From contig JAYWIR010000010.1 in assembly GCA_036172245.1 (NCBI GenBank), positions 4,216,001 to 4,280,000 on the forward strand: a DNA stretch of 64,000 nucleotides, in the 5' to 3' direction. A model generated the notes under the pieces. That model had not been told where the DNA came from. It was given only the letters and a program-made list of their open reading frames with translations, and searched no databases. Shown one piece after another: positions 13,663 to 24,500 of this stretch. Source of the stretch: Raillietiella orientalis. Its lineage: Eukaryota. The first letter of the stretch is position 1. Every line of letters begins with the position of its first letter. The position numbers and the translations under genes are program-made.

Positions 13663-15099
13663 TCATGAACTACGTTTTTTCATCCTTTGCACGAGGTTCT
13701 TGTGTTGGTGGTCGGTGGAACTGAAAAGGTTTCTCAAGATTGGGGAACACCTTCCTTTTCCGCTTCACCAGTGCCGAATGAATTGGATCTTCCTGAAACT
13801 GAAACTGTTCAAACCTTTTTTTTTTTTTTTTTCCTTCAAGTTTCTTGAGCATGCGTCTTTGTAAGGAAAAAACAGTCCCTAAGCGCTTTACTCCCCGTAG
13901 GCTACCATTAGCAAGAAATTATCATCTGAGTGCTTTTTCAATAGGAATAAAATAGAGCCAACACCTGGCCAGACTGCTGGAACCATGAGGAAGAATCGCA
14001 AGTGTTGAGCAGTCGGGGGATGAACATTCATATCTCTGACTCAATGGAAATGCTCTGCAAATGCTATTGATTGCACTCCTATATGAGCAAAATCTCAACG
14101 CTCAAAACAATTAAAATGAATCATTATCAACAGAATCAGCACCAAACTCTGCAATGCGCTTGCCTGCAAGAAAAAGCCATTTGCAAGCGCAGAGTTTCTC
14201 TGGAAACCGAAAAGTTTTTTTTCTTCAACAAACTCTATCAGCAGAAACCCAAAGCCTGAGAAATCCAAGATTTAGGTCCACCTTCGCCCACGTGCCAAGG
14301 TGTGATTTCGTAACTGAGTTTAGGAGCAAGAGAAGGAGTTCAGGAAGCTGTTTAGTTTGAAAAGTCAAAATCTGCCAAATCATCAGAGGTACCATGCATC
14401 ATTACAAAGTATCAGGCTACTATACAGATAACATAGGATAAAGTAAGCAGAAAAGATCGTTGGAATGCATCAACATCAACAGCATTTACTGCTGCAGATT
14501 CCACGAAATATCTTGAACATGCCTTCCATGAAACAAGTAATCCAAATGTTCTATTTTCTTTGAGTGAATCGGCATTCGTGAAGTTTTTTCATCTCATGCA
14601 TAATTAGGCGGAGGTCCAATAAGCCTTGTCTCCCACGGAGACTTCAGGTCTTTCCATCTCTACGTTACAGTACCTAGAAGACGACGAAGATTTAGCGAGG
14701 AATTGAAAATATCACTTTCACCTTCGATTTCCATCCCTTGATATTTTTTTTTGGTGTTCCCGTTTCTAGCTCTGAAATTCACTGGAGAGGAATTTTCGTC
14801 CTGATGCGATTTCTCTGGGAGAATGATGAACTGCTATTTCGGAGGAAAAGATCGTGGCATGCAGCTTCCTGAAGGAGAATCACACAAGAATGCAATACCA
14901 AAGATGGTCACATGCAGCACCCAATGCAAATCTGCCCTGAAGAATCGGAATGAGGAAAAGAGGTAGAGCTGTGATGCGATGTACACATCTTTCCGGCTCT
15001 GCATATTATTGGTTCGCTGTGCGGGCATCTCTTGGGATCGCGAAAGACACTGAATGCGTCGACGGCGTCATCTTCGCCATCAGCATGAGTTTACCTCTG

Positions 15100-15995
15100 G
15101 CGTGCGAGCACTGTAGAGAAAGCACGTGTGGCAATCCCTCGTTCAAAAGCACCTCAGTCAAGGGAGAGCCATGCAGTGTGTGGGCATGCACCACACCTCA
15201 AGCTTCTTCCTCACTAATGGAGAATGCCTGAGGCTCCAGGACTACGGATTCATCCACATAGACCGACTAAATGTCCTACCAGTCAGGGCCGGTCCCAGGA
15301 TGGAATCAGAGGAACGCGCATGTCGGCGCTGCCGGAGGGAAGATGAAACGTTGCCTCATCCATTAAACCGATGCAGGAGGCACTGTCCACTGCACGACAT
15401 GACGCGATTCAAGAAATGATTAGCATGGCAGCGATGGATCAGGAAAAGTCGACCCTAGTGTCCACTAACCAGAGATCTCCAGGAACCAACTCCTCTTTAA
15501 GATCGGACTAATGCTGAAGAAAGGAAATCAGATAACGGTGCTGGAAATCTTCTGGCCGTTCGAGGGCGGAAGAGAGGCGTTCACCATAGCTAGGAGGGAG
15601 AAGCAAGAAAAGTATAAGGAAGGAAGTAGCGCTCCAGCGAAGCAGAGGGAAGAATCAGCGCAGAGTGCACGCTCTCACTGTTAGCTCTCTGGAAGTCTGG
15701 GATCCACGTTACGAAAAAGTACTTCAGGATCTTGGAATCCTAAGGAGCGCTCGGAGAAGATGAGGCGCCGGATGGTGGCTTCGTGCATCCATTACTCCAA
15801 CGACATCTATGCAGCCCACGTCACACGAAGGACCGACAAAAGATGCATCCGGAGAAACCCAGCGGTCAGCTCTCGCGAGACGGAGGGCAAGTAGCAGAGG
15901 AAGCAACAGGCCAAGGGGAGACGAGCGCACCAGACGGACAAGTGAGGAATTCCAGAAGAATGTCAAGAGCCCTCTCTGTAACTTGCTGCAAAACT
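15100..15995 (+). mobile_element. Decayed 3' end of an RLE-type non-LTR retrotransposon (NeSL/Utopia-like)
   Basis: Translations: QGRAMQCV...SSFFLTNG..LRLQDYGFIHIDRLNVLP..CRRC..EDETLPHPLNRC (zinc knuckle), then LEIFWPFEGGREAFTIARREKQEKY, LTVSSLEVWDPRYEKVLQDLGI, SNDIYAAHVT (restriction-like endonuclease C-terminus). Contains frameshifts and stops. Confidence 0.85.
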
Positions 15996-16336
15996 AGAAA
16001 CTCAAGCGAGGTGCACAGCTTTCCGTTCTCTACAGACTTCCCTCTAAGAACTTCTGTCCACTTGAGATCTTTGCTCGGCTAACGGGAAGAAAGCGCATGC
16101 GCGCTGCGATCTCTTTGTGCGGGAAAATGAACGCGGACCTGTTATTCCAAGTCTACTCACCGTGCTGTTCATTACGTAACATGTTACTCGAATCTGGTTT
16201 GAGCAGAGGAAGAAGCAACTCTGCTTTCCTGAGATCTCGAGGAGAGGAAAAAGCAAAAAATCACCCCAAAGGAAGGGGGCGTCCGATACTGTCGCGTGCA
16301 GAGAACGATTGGGAATCAGGGAACAGAACGAACCTG

Positions 16337-16916
16337 CAGCACTGGTGGAAGCAGGAAACCGTATGCCCCTGTTGACTGGCCGGGATTGGAAGTTGACTCT
16401 CCGGGGTCCTTCCAGAAGTCAAGAAGCCTTTCGGGGTTGACCGCTGTTCGTGAAAATGGAGCTGGTTGATACCCCTCGGGGGGTTACCTCCCCAGAGTGT
16501 AAGAAGCGCTCTGCTCCCTTCGGAGAGCGACCCTTCACAGAAATGTGGAAGCGTCCCTTCAGGATTCTCTTCAGAGGAGAAAACAAGGAGCAGATCCTGT
16601 CCGGTGGGCCTCTTTGGAGAAAGAATTCCAGGAGCGGATCCTTTCCAGGTTTCCTTGGGAGAAGAAATGAGGAGTGACTGCCTCAGAGAGTCCCTCCGGA
16701 GAGAACAAGGAAGAGGAAGTTTCTTTCGAGGTTCCCACCCAAGTGAACGAGGAACACGGACTCCTTCCTCCGGAGCCTTCCTGGATTCACAGGGTAGCTC
16801 TTCCTTTTCCGGGGGGGGGGCCTGACTTGAAGAGTAACTGTGCTGAAGGGTGGTGTGAGACAGTGCTGAAGACCTTCGCGGGTCCCCCCAAGGAAGCGAA
16901 CGGTTCTTCAGCACTC
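16337..16916 (+). repeat. ~580-bp dispersed repeat, copy 1 (inverted copy at 28061-28642); probably TE-derived
   Basis: Reverse complement aligns by eye to 28061-28642 with about half a dozen substitutions and a G-run length difference; near-identical peptides appear in the ORF track on opposite strands. Confidence 0.93.
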
Positions 16917-17399
16917 CTTGCGAACTTCTTAGCGGTCAGAACCGGAGATGCAGCGGGGAAGCTGACAAGCACGAGGTCAGATGTGCTTCTGAACCATTCC
17001 CTCTCGCGCTACGTTGTAGGCAACCTTCCCTCTCCGTTGCATCCCGCCCCCGCGTTCGTCGGTTGCGCCTGCAACGTGATTGCTACGTGCGATTTTTCAA
17101 GGCAGCCTTGCACTGATTTCCGAGGGAGAGCGCCTTGGGATTGCTCGGCCTGGATCCACTATCGAGGCCGGGTCGAAACGAGGACCACGCGGATGGGCTG
17201 TTAAGGGGTCGCACGGGGGAATGGAGCAGAGCTCGGGGGATTCTGGTCTGCAAGATGAAGGCGCAGTGGTCACGAACGGGCGACCGAAACGGATCAGAGG
17301 AAATCCCTTCGAAGGAAGAGAGGAAAAGAAGCGGACGAGGGACCTCCTACGAATATCGCCTTGTGGTGCGACGGGAGGTCCGCCTGAAGGACTCGTGCG

Positions 17400-18745
17400 C
17401 TCCGCGTCGAGGACGGCGGCCTCGACCGTCCATCCGCTCCAGGGTCAGAAGATTCAGCTGCGATAGCGAACGATGGCCACCGAAGAGAAGTGTCCGAGCA
17501 CTCCCTGGTGCGTTCCTGCACGCCTCCTCGCCAGCCGTGCAACCCGTAAGGAAGGACTCACCTCTTACCTTTTGTGCTCCTGCCTAAGGGCGAGAGGATG
17601 CGGTCTCCTTCTCGGACAAATGACCACCCTAGCAAAGGAGAACAGCTGGATGTCCTGTTGCCTCGCTCACTCAAGCGCTGTTTGCACGTGTGAGAAGGTG
17701 GACGAGCCCAGATCGGAGCCATGGGACTGCTTGCGAACCGGTATCCACCCCGCTGCACTCTGTGGAAGATCCTGGAGAGTTCCAGCACGAGCGCGTGGGC
17801 GGAGCGCGCACCTCCCTTTGCCGTAGTGCTGCCCTCCCTAAGGGAGGCGAATGGCAGCAGCCAACCAGCGAGGTGGGAAGAAGGAAGCTGTCCATGCGAG
17901 ATTGCAGGCAGGAAGAAGGAAATGAGTGATTGGACCATAGGAAAGCTGAACTGAGCTGCGATCCCAAATGCCCTTTCACTTGGACTTGCACGGTGGGGAG
18001 AGCTGCTGGGGATTCTCAAAGAAGACCTGAAGTGGCCTCCAGAGTCCGTGAACAGCAGTACCCTCCCCTTGAATTGGCGGGGGATCGGCACTTCTGCTGT
18101 TGCGCTGGGGTCTTCCTTACGCCTCCTGCCGACACCACTGGACGCTGGGGAGGGAAAACTCGGACTGTCGCAGCTTGCGGAGAACGAGGGTCACTCCCGT
18201 ACCTGCTTGTGGACTGTGTTGCTCTCCGGTCCCTGCGGGAACATTTCGGGACGACCCTACGGACCCCGGCTAGTACCCACTCAGGGACGTTGTAACACTC
18301 CTCTTCACGCGGGATGCCCTACAGCCATCCACAGCCCCAGCAGCTCCTTGCTGCATCCACGGGACTGTGGCAACTTGTAGGGACAACTCTGAAGGAGGAC
18401 CGTACGAGAGGGACGCCGTCAAGCGTGCGCTTCGCTTTCTGAGGAGATCAGCAAGGTCCCACCTGATTCTGTCGGTCATGATTGCACCCATCTGGGTGCA
18501 ATCAGGACCGACCTAGCCGGCGTCCGGGAAAGGATGAAAACGACAGAGGTCTCTCCCGGTCCTCCAGCTTTTTTGTGTGTATTTATTGCATGAACATTCT
18601 TTTGTTTTTCTTTTTGTCCCCTTCCCCCCCCTTCCCTCCGCTGAGAGGTGAACCTCGCCAGTCTGCGGACCGGCAGGTCCACAGACAAACTGAGTGTGGT
18701 AGGACCATGTGCCCACCACCGTTTGTGAGTTTTATTATAAATTAT
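17400..18745 (+). mobile_element. Decayed 3' part of an L1/Tx1-like non-LTR retrotransposon (copy A)
   Basis: zf-RVT-like remnants (ATEEK...EGLTSYLLCSC; ACGERGSLPYLLVDCVALR), pyrimidine-rich 3' UTR, ACCTCGCC...GGCAGGT motif, GTGGT...ACCAC hairpin and TTTATTATAAATT tail. Homologous to 27225-27950 (-) and 62400-63715 (+). 5' boundary uncertain. Confidence 0.7.
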
Positions 18746-19299
18746 TAGTGGATGTCTCCAGCGTGTCCGGGCAGAAATCGAAGGAGCCCTCCGTGGAAGA
18801 CCTCGAGGGTGCGGCTCGCTCTTTGCTCCGAACGCGCCGATGTTTCCAACCTGCAGCCCCGTTTTCGCAAGCGCCCCGTTTCGCTCAGGCTTCCCGGAGG
18901 GCGTTCGTGCGCCGGCCGACCACCTCCTCCTCCTCCTCTTCCTCGTTTCGAATTCTTTGCCGCGCGAGCGTTCCTCCAGAGATTCGAGCCAACCCATTTC
19001 ACCTCTTCCGCGTTCCACAAGGGTAGGTGATGGACTTGGTTCGTTCGTCCTCCGTTCCCTTACTGGGCTGCCCTCCCTCCCCACCTCCGACGTTCCACGC
19101 TGTCCCAGACTCGGCCAGTTCCGGCCGGAGCCCTCATCTCGGCCTTCGCCACCGGCTTGCTGACGGTCGCTCCGATTTCTCGAAGGAGGAGTCAGCGCGA
19201 CAGAGGAAGTCGGCCGCGCGTGTCGAGAAAGGGTGTGGAGAGACACTGTGGGACCGCGGGCGTGCCGCGCTGTCAGCAATTTTCCTCGAAGACCCTGGG

Positions 19300-20180
19300 G
19301 CTTGGCGCAGGACGTCCCTCTACCGCACCCACGAGAGGAGAAGAGTGCTGATGGCCCTGCAGCGCGGCAGATGGCGATCTCGGCACATCACGCCTATTGC
19401 TCGATGGGAAGCACTCCCGCTGGTTGACGCATCCACGCCAGATCTCGATCGTGGCCTGCAGAGATGGGGATGCGGTTACCCAGCATCCCTTGCTGCAACT
19501 TCAAGACCCCAGACCTACTCCACCCTCCCTCTACGACGCCAGAAGTCTTCGTCAGCACCTTGCTGGCGCACTCTTCCGAAGCGGGCAAGGTCACCACGCC
19601 TCAGGAAGGGGTGGTGATGTCCCAGAGGTGCACCTTCTGAGGGATAGTAGAAACCCTGCCACACGCATTTCGTGAAAACTGCTCCAGAGGCTGCGTCCGG
19701 GATGGAATGGCTTCGGGGAGGCACCTCAGTTCCAGGATGCCGCCTCAAGGAAACGCTCTTCAGGGTTGCCAGGTGCTTGCCTTCTCTATAGAGATTCCCT
19801 GCCACGCGCGAGCAGCGGTCACCAACAAGATGGAGAAAAGGGTGTAGCTGTGGCCGAGACGCAGAGCCGTTGGCAGCCTCCATCGCTTGCATGAGGAAGG
19901 AGATGGAATGGACAGAACTGGGATGGGAGATGCAAGCGAACCTGCTGGCAATTCTGGTCGGACCAGCTTTATGCCGGCGAACACACCCGTCCATCCCTAT
20001 GCGTTCCCTGCCCCTATGCGCAGGAATGTACTGGCCGGGACTCAAGGCTGACCTTTTCTACGGAAATTGCGTTCAGCGCCTTCAGTTCGTTCCATCGCAC
20101 CCTCTTTCATCTGCTCATTCGCTGCCCTACTTTCTTCCCCATTTTCTTCCTCTTTTCTTTCCCATTTCTTTCCCTAGGGA
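19300..20180 (+). mobile_element. Probable decayed L1/Tx1-like retrotransposon 3' fragment (different subfamily)
   Basis: VPGCRLKETLFRVARCLP...SCGRDAEPLAASIAC..EW resembles a degenerate zf-RVT module, followed by a polypyrimidine tail (20130-20175). Confidence 0.4.
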
Positions 20181-20244
20181 TACCTAGCGACAGAACTGGG
20201 GAGGAGACGGCACACGTCTGTTCTCCTCTCCCTGTTCCCGATCC

Positions 20245-20620
20245 GTTTATTTATTTATGTTAAACGAATGATCCAGAAATCAGGGATGAGAAGGTCCGCG
20301 CTTCTGCTTCGCGCATCGCTCGGCCGTAGCTGCCAAGGTGATTCCGGACGTCCCTGTACCCGACAGCCGCACCGTTCGAGGAGAGGTGGTGGCCGCCCCG
20401 AGCAGCAGGAAGGCGGGGCGAGTGAAAAGAGGGCGCGCACGGGGAGTTGGTACGGTAAGTGCCACTACCCGTGACGGGCGCGAAGCGTTCCTGGAAGTCA
20501 AGCAGCTGACTGAGGGTCGGCAAGCCCAAATGGCTCTTTGGCTTCCGCGAGCAAAGCTGTGGAGGAGACGAAGAGATCCTCTTATTCCTGACGAGCGGCA
20601 GAAGAGGACCTTCAGAGTTG
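20245..20620 (-). mobile_element. Possible non-LTR retrotransposon 3' end, tail-to-tail with the preceding fragment
   Basis: Minus-strand frames end at a (TAAA)n tail near 20245-20257; weak zf-RVT-like peptide (HSFARGSQRAIW). Confidence 0.25.
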
Positions 20621-20759
20621 GGCTCAGAGTCGGGGAGGAGGAAGAAAAGAATAAGGAAGGGAGGAAGGAAGGAGGAAGGGAGGGGGAGGAGGAAGGGAAG
20701 AGGAGGAGGACAGAAGGAAGGGAGGAGGAGGAAGGAAGGAGGAGGAGGGTTGCGCACGG

Positions 20760-23700
20760 ACCCACTCGGCGTAGGGGGTGGTCTCAGTCGAGGCTCCGGA
20801 GTCTGAGGAGCGATGAGTGCGCTGGAGGAAAGCGCGGGGACGAGTGGGCTGACAGGCCAGATCACCGCCTGGGGGCAAAGAGACTTCGCACGCCGGGACG
20901 GCCTTCTCGCCATCCGCTGCCGGAGCCGCACCGCGCCCGGGGGTGCGGCGTCGAGAGTGCGGTCAACGGCGGAGGCGGTGGCTGGCAAAGGCAGAGGAGA
21001 GCCCCGTTCCTCCCTCATCGCCCACCCACGCGCTGTCGTCTTACGGCAGACCTGTCGTCGCTGGAGGATCCACCGGGCTGCTGACCTCCAGATCGCCTCC
21101 CCAACGTCCGGTGCGCAGCCTCAGGACCGATCTGCTCTCCCGGAACCCTGCGAGGTCCACGTGGACGGTCTCCCTGGACGCCGGTCCGCGCGCCTTCCGC
21201 GCCAGGCGCGCCAGAGGACCCGGGAACGAGTTCGGAAATGGAGCGGACCCATCCTTCTGGTCACGAAGGGTCTCTTCCCTGGAAAGGGATACTTCGGGCC
21301 GGACGCGACCTCCGGGAACATCCCGCGACGAATGGGAGGAGGTCACCGCGGTCGGGTCAGCGGTGGGCCTCGGGCAGAGTGGTTCCTCGGAGGGGCCGAC
21401 TCGTCCAGCACGCTCCACGTGTGCATCCTGGGATGTGCCGCGACCGCATGCCCCGAGGAGGTCGGGCGGGTCGTCCGCTGTCCGCCTGCAGCGCTCCGGG
21501 ATCTTCCGCATCCGTCGCTCCTCTCGCTCGCCGGAGGCTGCGCCCGGGAGGGGACCCTGCGGGGCGTCCGCGTCCGAAGTGGGTCGTCGTACCTTCCCGG
21601 TTCCGAGGCCGCGCAGAGGCAGTAGGGAGATCGTCCCGCGCTTCGCCTGCCCCTCCGAGAGCAGCCGTTCCTCCTCTCACACACCGCCGACCTGCGGAGT
21701 GACCTCGGTTTCCGGGTTGCGGGCACCATTCGGGGAAGCTTTGGAGTCGCACTGGGCACGTGGGAAAAGCGTCCGGGATTGCGGCGGAAACAGGAAACTT
21801 CTGGGAGTTGTGACTTTTTGCTCATTTTCTCCTTATCCACGAGCCAAGTTGAGTACCTGACCACCGTCAGGACGACGGTCAAATTTGTATGTAAAGAAGG
21901 AGGAAGTTCCTGTACGTCCTCGAGAAACTCAGCATCTGCACGAAAAGAATGTAACGAATCTTGTCGATCAGGGACGTCCGAAACTTGCGTCGTTGGAAGG
22001 TCCTTGTCGAGAGGAAGACATTTGCCTGATCTCATTTTCTAGGGAGCCATCTAAGGAGGTTTCCACGCACGTGCACTGCAAGGAAGGAGGAACCGGGGCT
22101 CGATTTCTACTCCGGCCAGCTTTCTCCCGCTCTGTGACAGCTTCAAGTGTGGTGGACCCTTTGCCACGCTGACGAGGATGGCCGATTCGCACGCCGTGCG
22201 TACGTAAATGCGAGCTGCATGCAAATTGCGCTTTTCCACATTGGCTACGCGGGATGGATGGAGCCGGCGGAGCCGCAGCAGATGCAATTCCCACTATGGA
22301 AATCTTTCGTTCAAGTCCTGAAAAGGATCCAATCCCGAGGGGAACAGCAGTCCGCTAATCACTCCAAACTAAGAAAAAAAGTGGCCATGAGGGCCGAAGC
22401 GGGGACGGGGAGAAAGAGCATCACGTCATGCATCGCCTAGGGGAAACACTCCGAACTATGACTCCGATTCGAGCAGCGCACGTAGACTCCGAGCGCTGCA
22501 AACGGAAGCGCGTAGCCGAGATGTGTTTACCCTCACCCACGCATGCGCACTGCTGCCAAAAGCTGATAAGCAATGCAATGAGGCTCGGTACGGTCGCGGT
22601 CCTTCTTCGGCCCGGGTGGCGCTGCTGTGCGGTTGACCAGGAAGGTTCCACCCTGCTGGCAGCGGAGACTGTGTCCGAATCCCGGGCATCCTGGAGACCC
22701 CCTCCCCCGCCGTTTCTGGATGCGCAGCCTGTAGGCTTCCATGATCAGTCGGCAGCGTTCCGAGCTACCGTGCAGAGCAGTCCTGCGTCGGCAGTGACAG
22801 TCCCTCCGACAAGGTTAGCGAAGATGGATTGCGCATCTGGAACCACGGGAAGGAACCGTGGAGATGCTGTTTCGCGGCGGACTGGGAAAACCGTCTTGGC
22901 CAGCGCGCGCTTCGGGAGGAGTGACCGTTGCCTTGTCTGCGCATTCCGGGGGCCCGAGGAGACTGGTCAAATGCCTGAGGCGGTGCTTTTCGGATCCACT
23001 GACCTGATGAAAGCGGATCCCGAGAGGCGATTTTTATTTTTTTTTCCCCTAGCATCTCGGGATAATTTTTATTTTTTTTTTAGCTTCTCCGATGCTTTCG
23101 CTGCGAGCGAAAGGTCATGCGCTTGGTAGGCAGTACCGAGGTTCAAGCTCTTTGACGCCGTGTATGCGCTCCGCCGGGCAGTGAAGCTTTGACTGCAGAC
23201 GGGACTGAACTCCCCGCAAGCGAAAAACCTCGACCCAACCATGGTGAAGGCTTCCGGGGTCCGTTCATCAGACGAGAGGGTAGCTGAACTCCATGCAAGG
23301 GTCGGAAATGGCTGGCCGACCAATGTCTGCAGCGCTGGCAACATCCGGCAAGAAGGTTCCCCGGAGGCACCTTCGTGCCTCGTGGTTAAGGTAGGACGGA
23401 ACGCCGTGCAAGACGGGGGAAGTCGAACTGATGCTCCGGCGCACCCGTGGAGAGCACTAACACCCCGCTGCCGAAATTTCCCGAGCGGGAAGACCTTTTC
23501 TTCAGGTCATCGAGACCCTGGACCATTTCGGATTCCCAGACCGGAACGACTTTATACGGCTCTGCAACGAGATCTTCGAGGAAGGCCCTTGGATGGGAGT
23601 CTGCTGGATTTCGAAGTCCATCGAAACTCGCAGCAGATGGGAAGCTTGCGAGGTGGTTGCTTCGACACAACGACACTCAGAATCGCTGTAGACCAGTGTT

Positions 23701-24500
23701 CCATTTTGTTAGGAATTGCCTTCAGATGACTTCTCCTCAGGCGGTGACTGATGGCCCCTGGGACCTTTGGAGGGCTTGCTCCTAGCACAGAGTGCAGCTG
23801 AAAGATGAAGCAGAGTAGGAGGAGCGGCCGACCTGAAGCCACTGCATGCACTCTTCGTGGGACCACCGCCGATGCCCTACGCACGTTCATCGAGGACGTG
23901 CTTTGCGACGTTCTCCTCCGTTGTTCAGTCAGGATTTCGCACGGATAGCACAACAGCGGCAACTCAGCGGAGCGAGGATCAGCTGCATGCCATCCGGGCA
24001 GCCCGCTCTTCCCGTCCTGCCTGGATTTACAGAGCCACAAAGAAAGAGAATCTAGACCCGGAGATAACTCTTCGACATAGAGATCATCCGCCTGCGAGAT
24101 GATGAACCAGCGATACGTTCATGAGTCGACGTTCTGCCTGATCAACACAATGGTGCTCCTTTCGATGAAAAAAGAAAGAAAGAAAGAGAAGCTTCTCCCT
24201 CGGACCGAGGTCTTGGTCCCATCATCCCGCGCTGAGCTGCTGCTGCATACCCAGGAATCCTGGCTCAGAGCCGGGAAATTGTGGGCCCATCCCTTTCTCC
24301 GGAGTCCGGAAGTGGTCGGAACAACGGAGCCGATGCGATGCCAGCCACCAACTCATAGGCAGAATGCAGCTGCCATAACATCTGCTCGCTTCCGAGCACA
24401 GCGTTGAAGGAAAAAGGGCAGCTTCGCATACGGCAGGGGAGAGAACAGAAAGGAAAAGCAGTGTCACCAACTCGGACAACGTGCAGGAAGGTCTTAGCGA
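20760..24500 (-). pseudogene. Decayed extracellular leucine-rich-repeat (Toll/chaoptin-like) gene
   Basis: In order along the minus strand, in shifting frames: signal-peptide-like LVTLLFLSVLSPAVCEA with Cys cap (~24470-24320), LDSLSLWLCK (~24045), SLCRSNHLASFPSAASFDGLRN (~23670), VQGLDDLKK, LPALQTL, HVRGNLLRWLP (~22060), ELPPSL, LLRLRSLD (~20800). Many frameshifts and stops. Confidence 0.45.

Noticed and set aside
16300..16920. DIRS-like pol N-terminus (RLLDFWKD) in the 580-bp repeat
   Set aside because: Single short resemblance with no RT, RNase H or tyrosine recombinase motifs following it.
21860..22100. Bacterial LPX-type LRR (ELPPSL) suggesting horizontal transfer
   Set aside because: Neighbouring repeats look like typical animal extracellular LRRs, with apparent splice sites.
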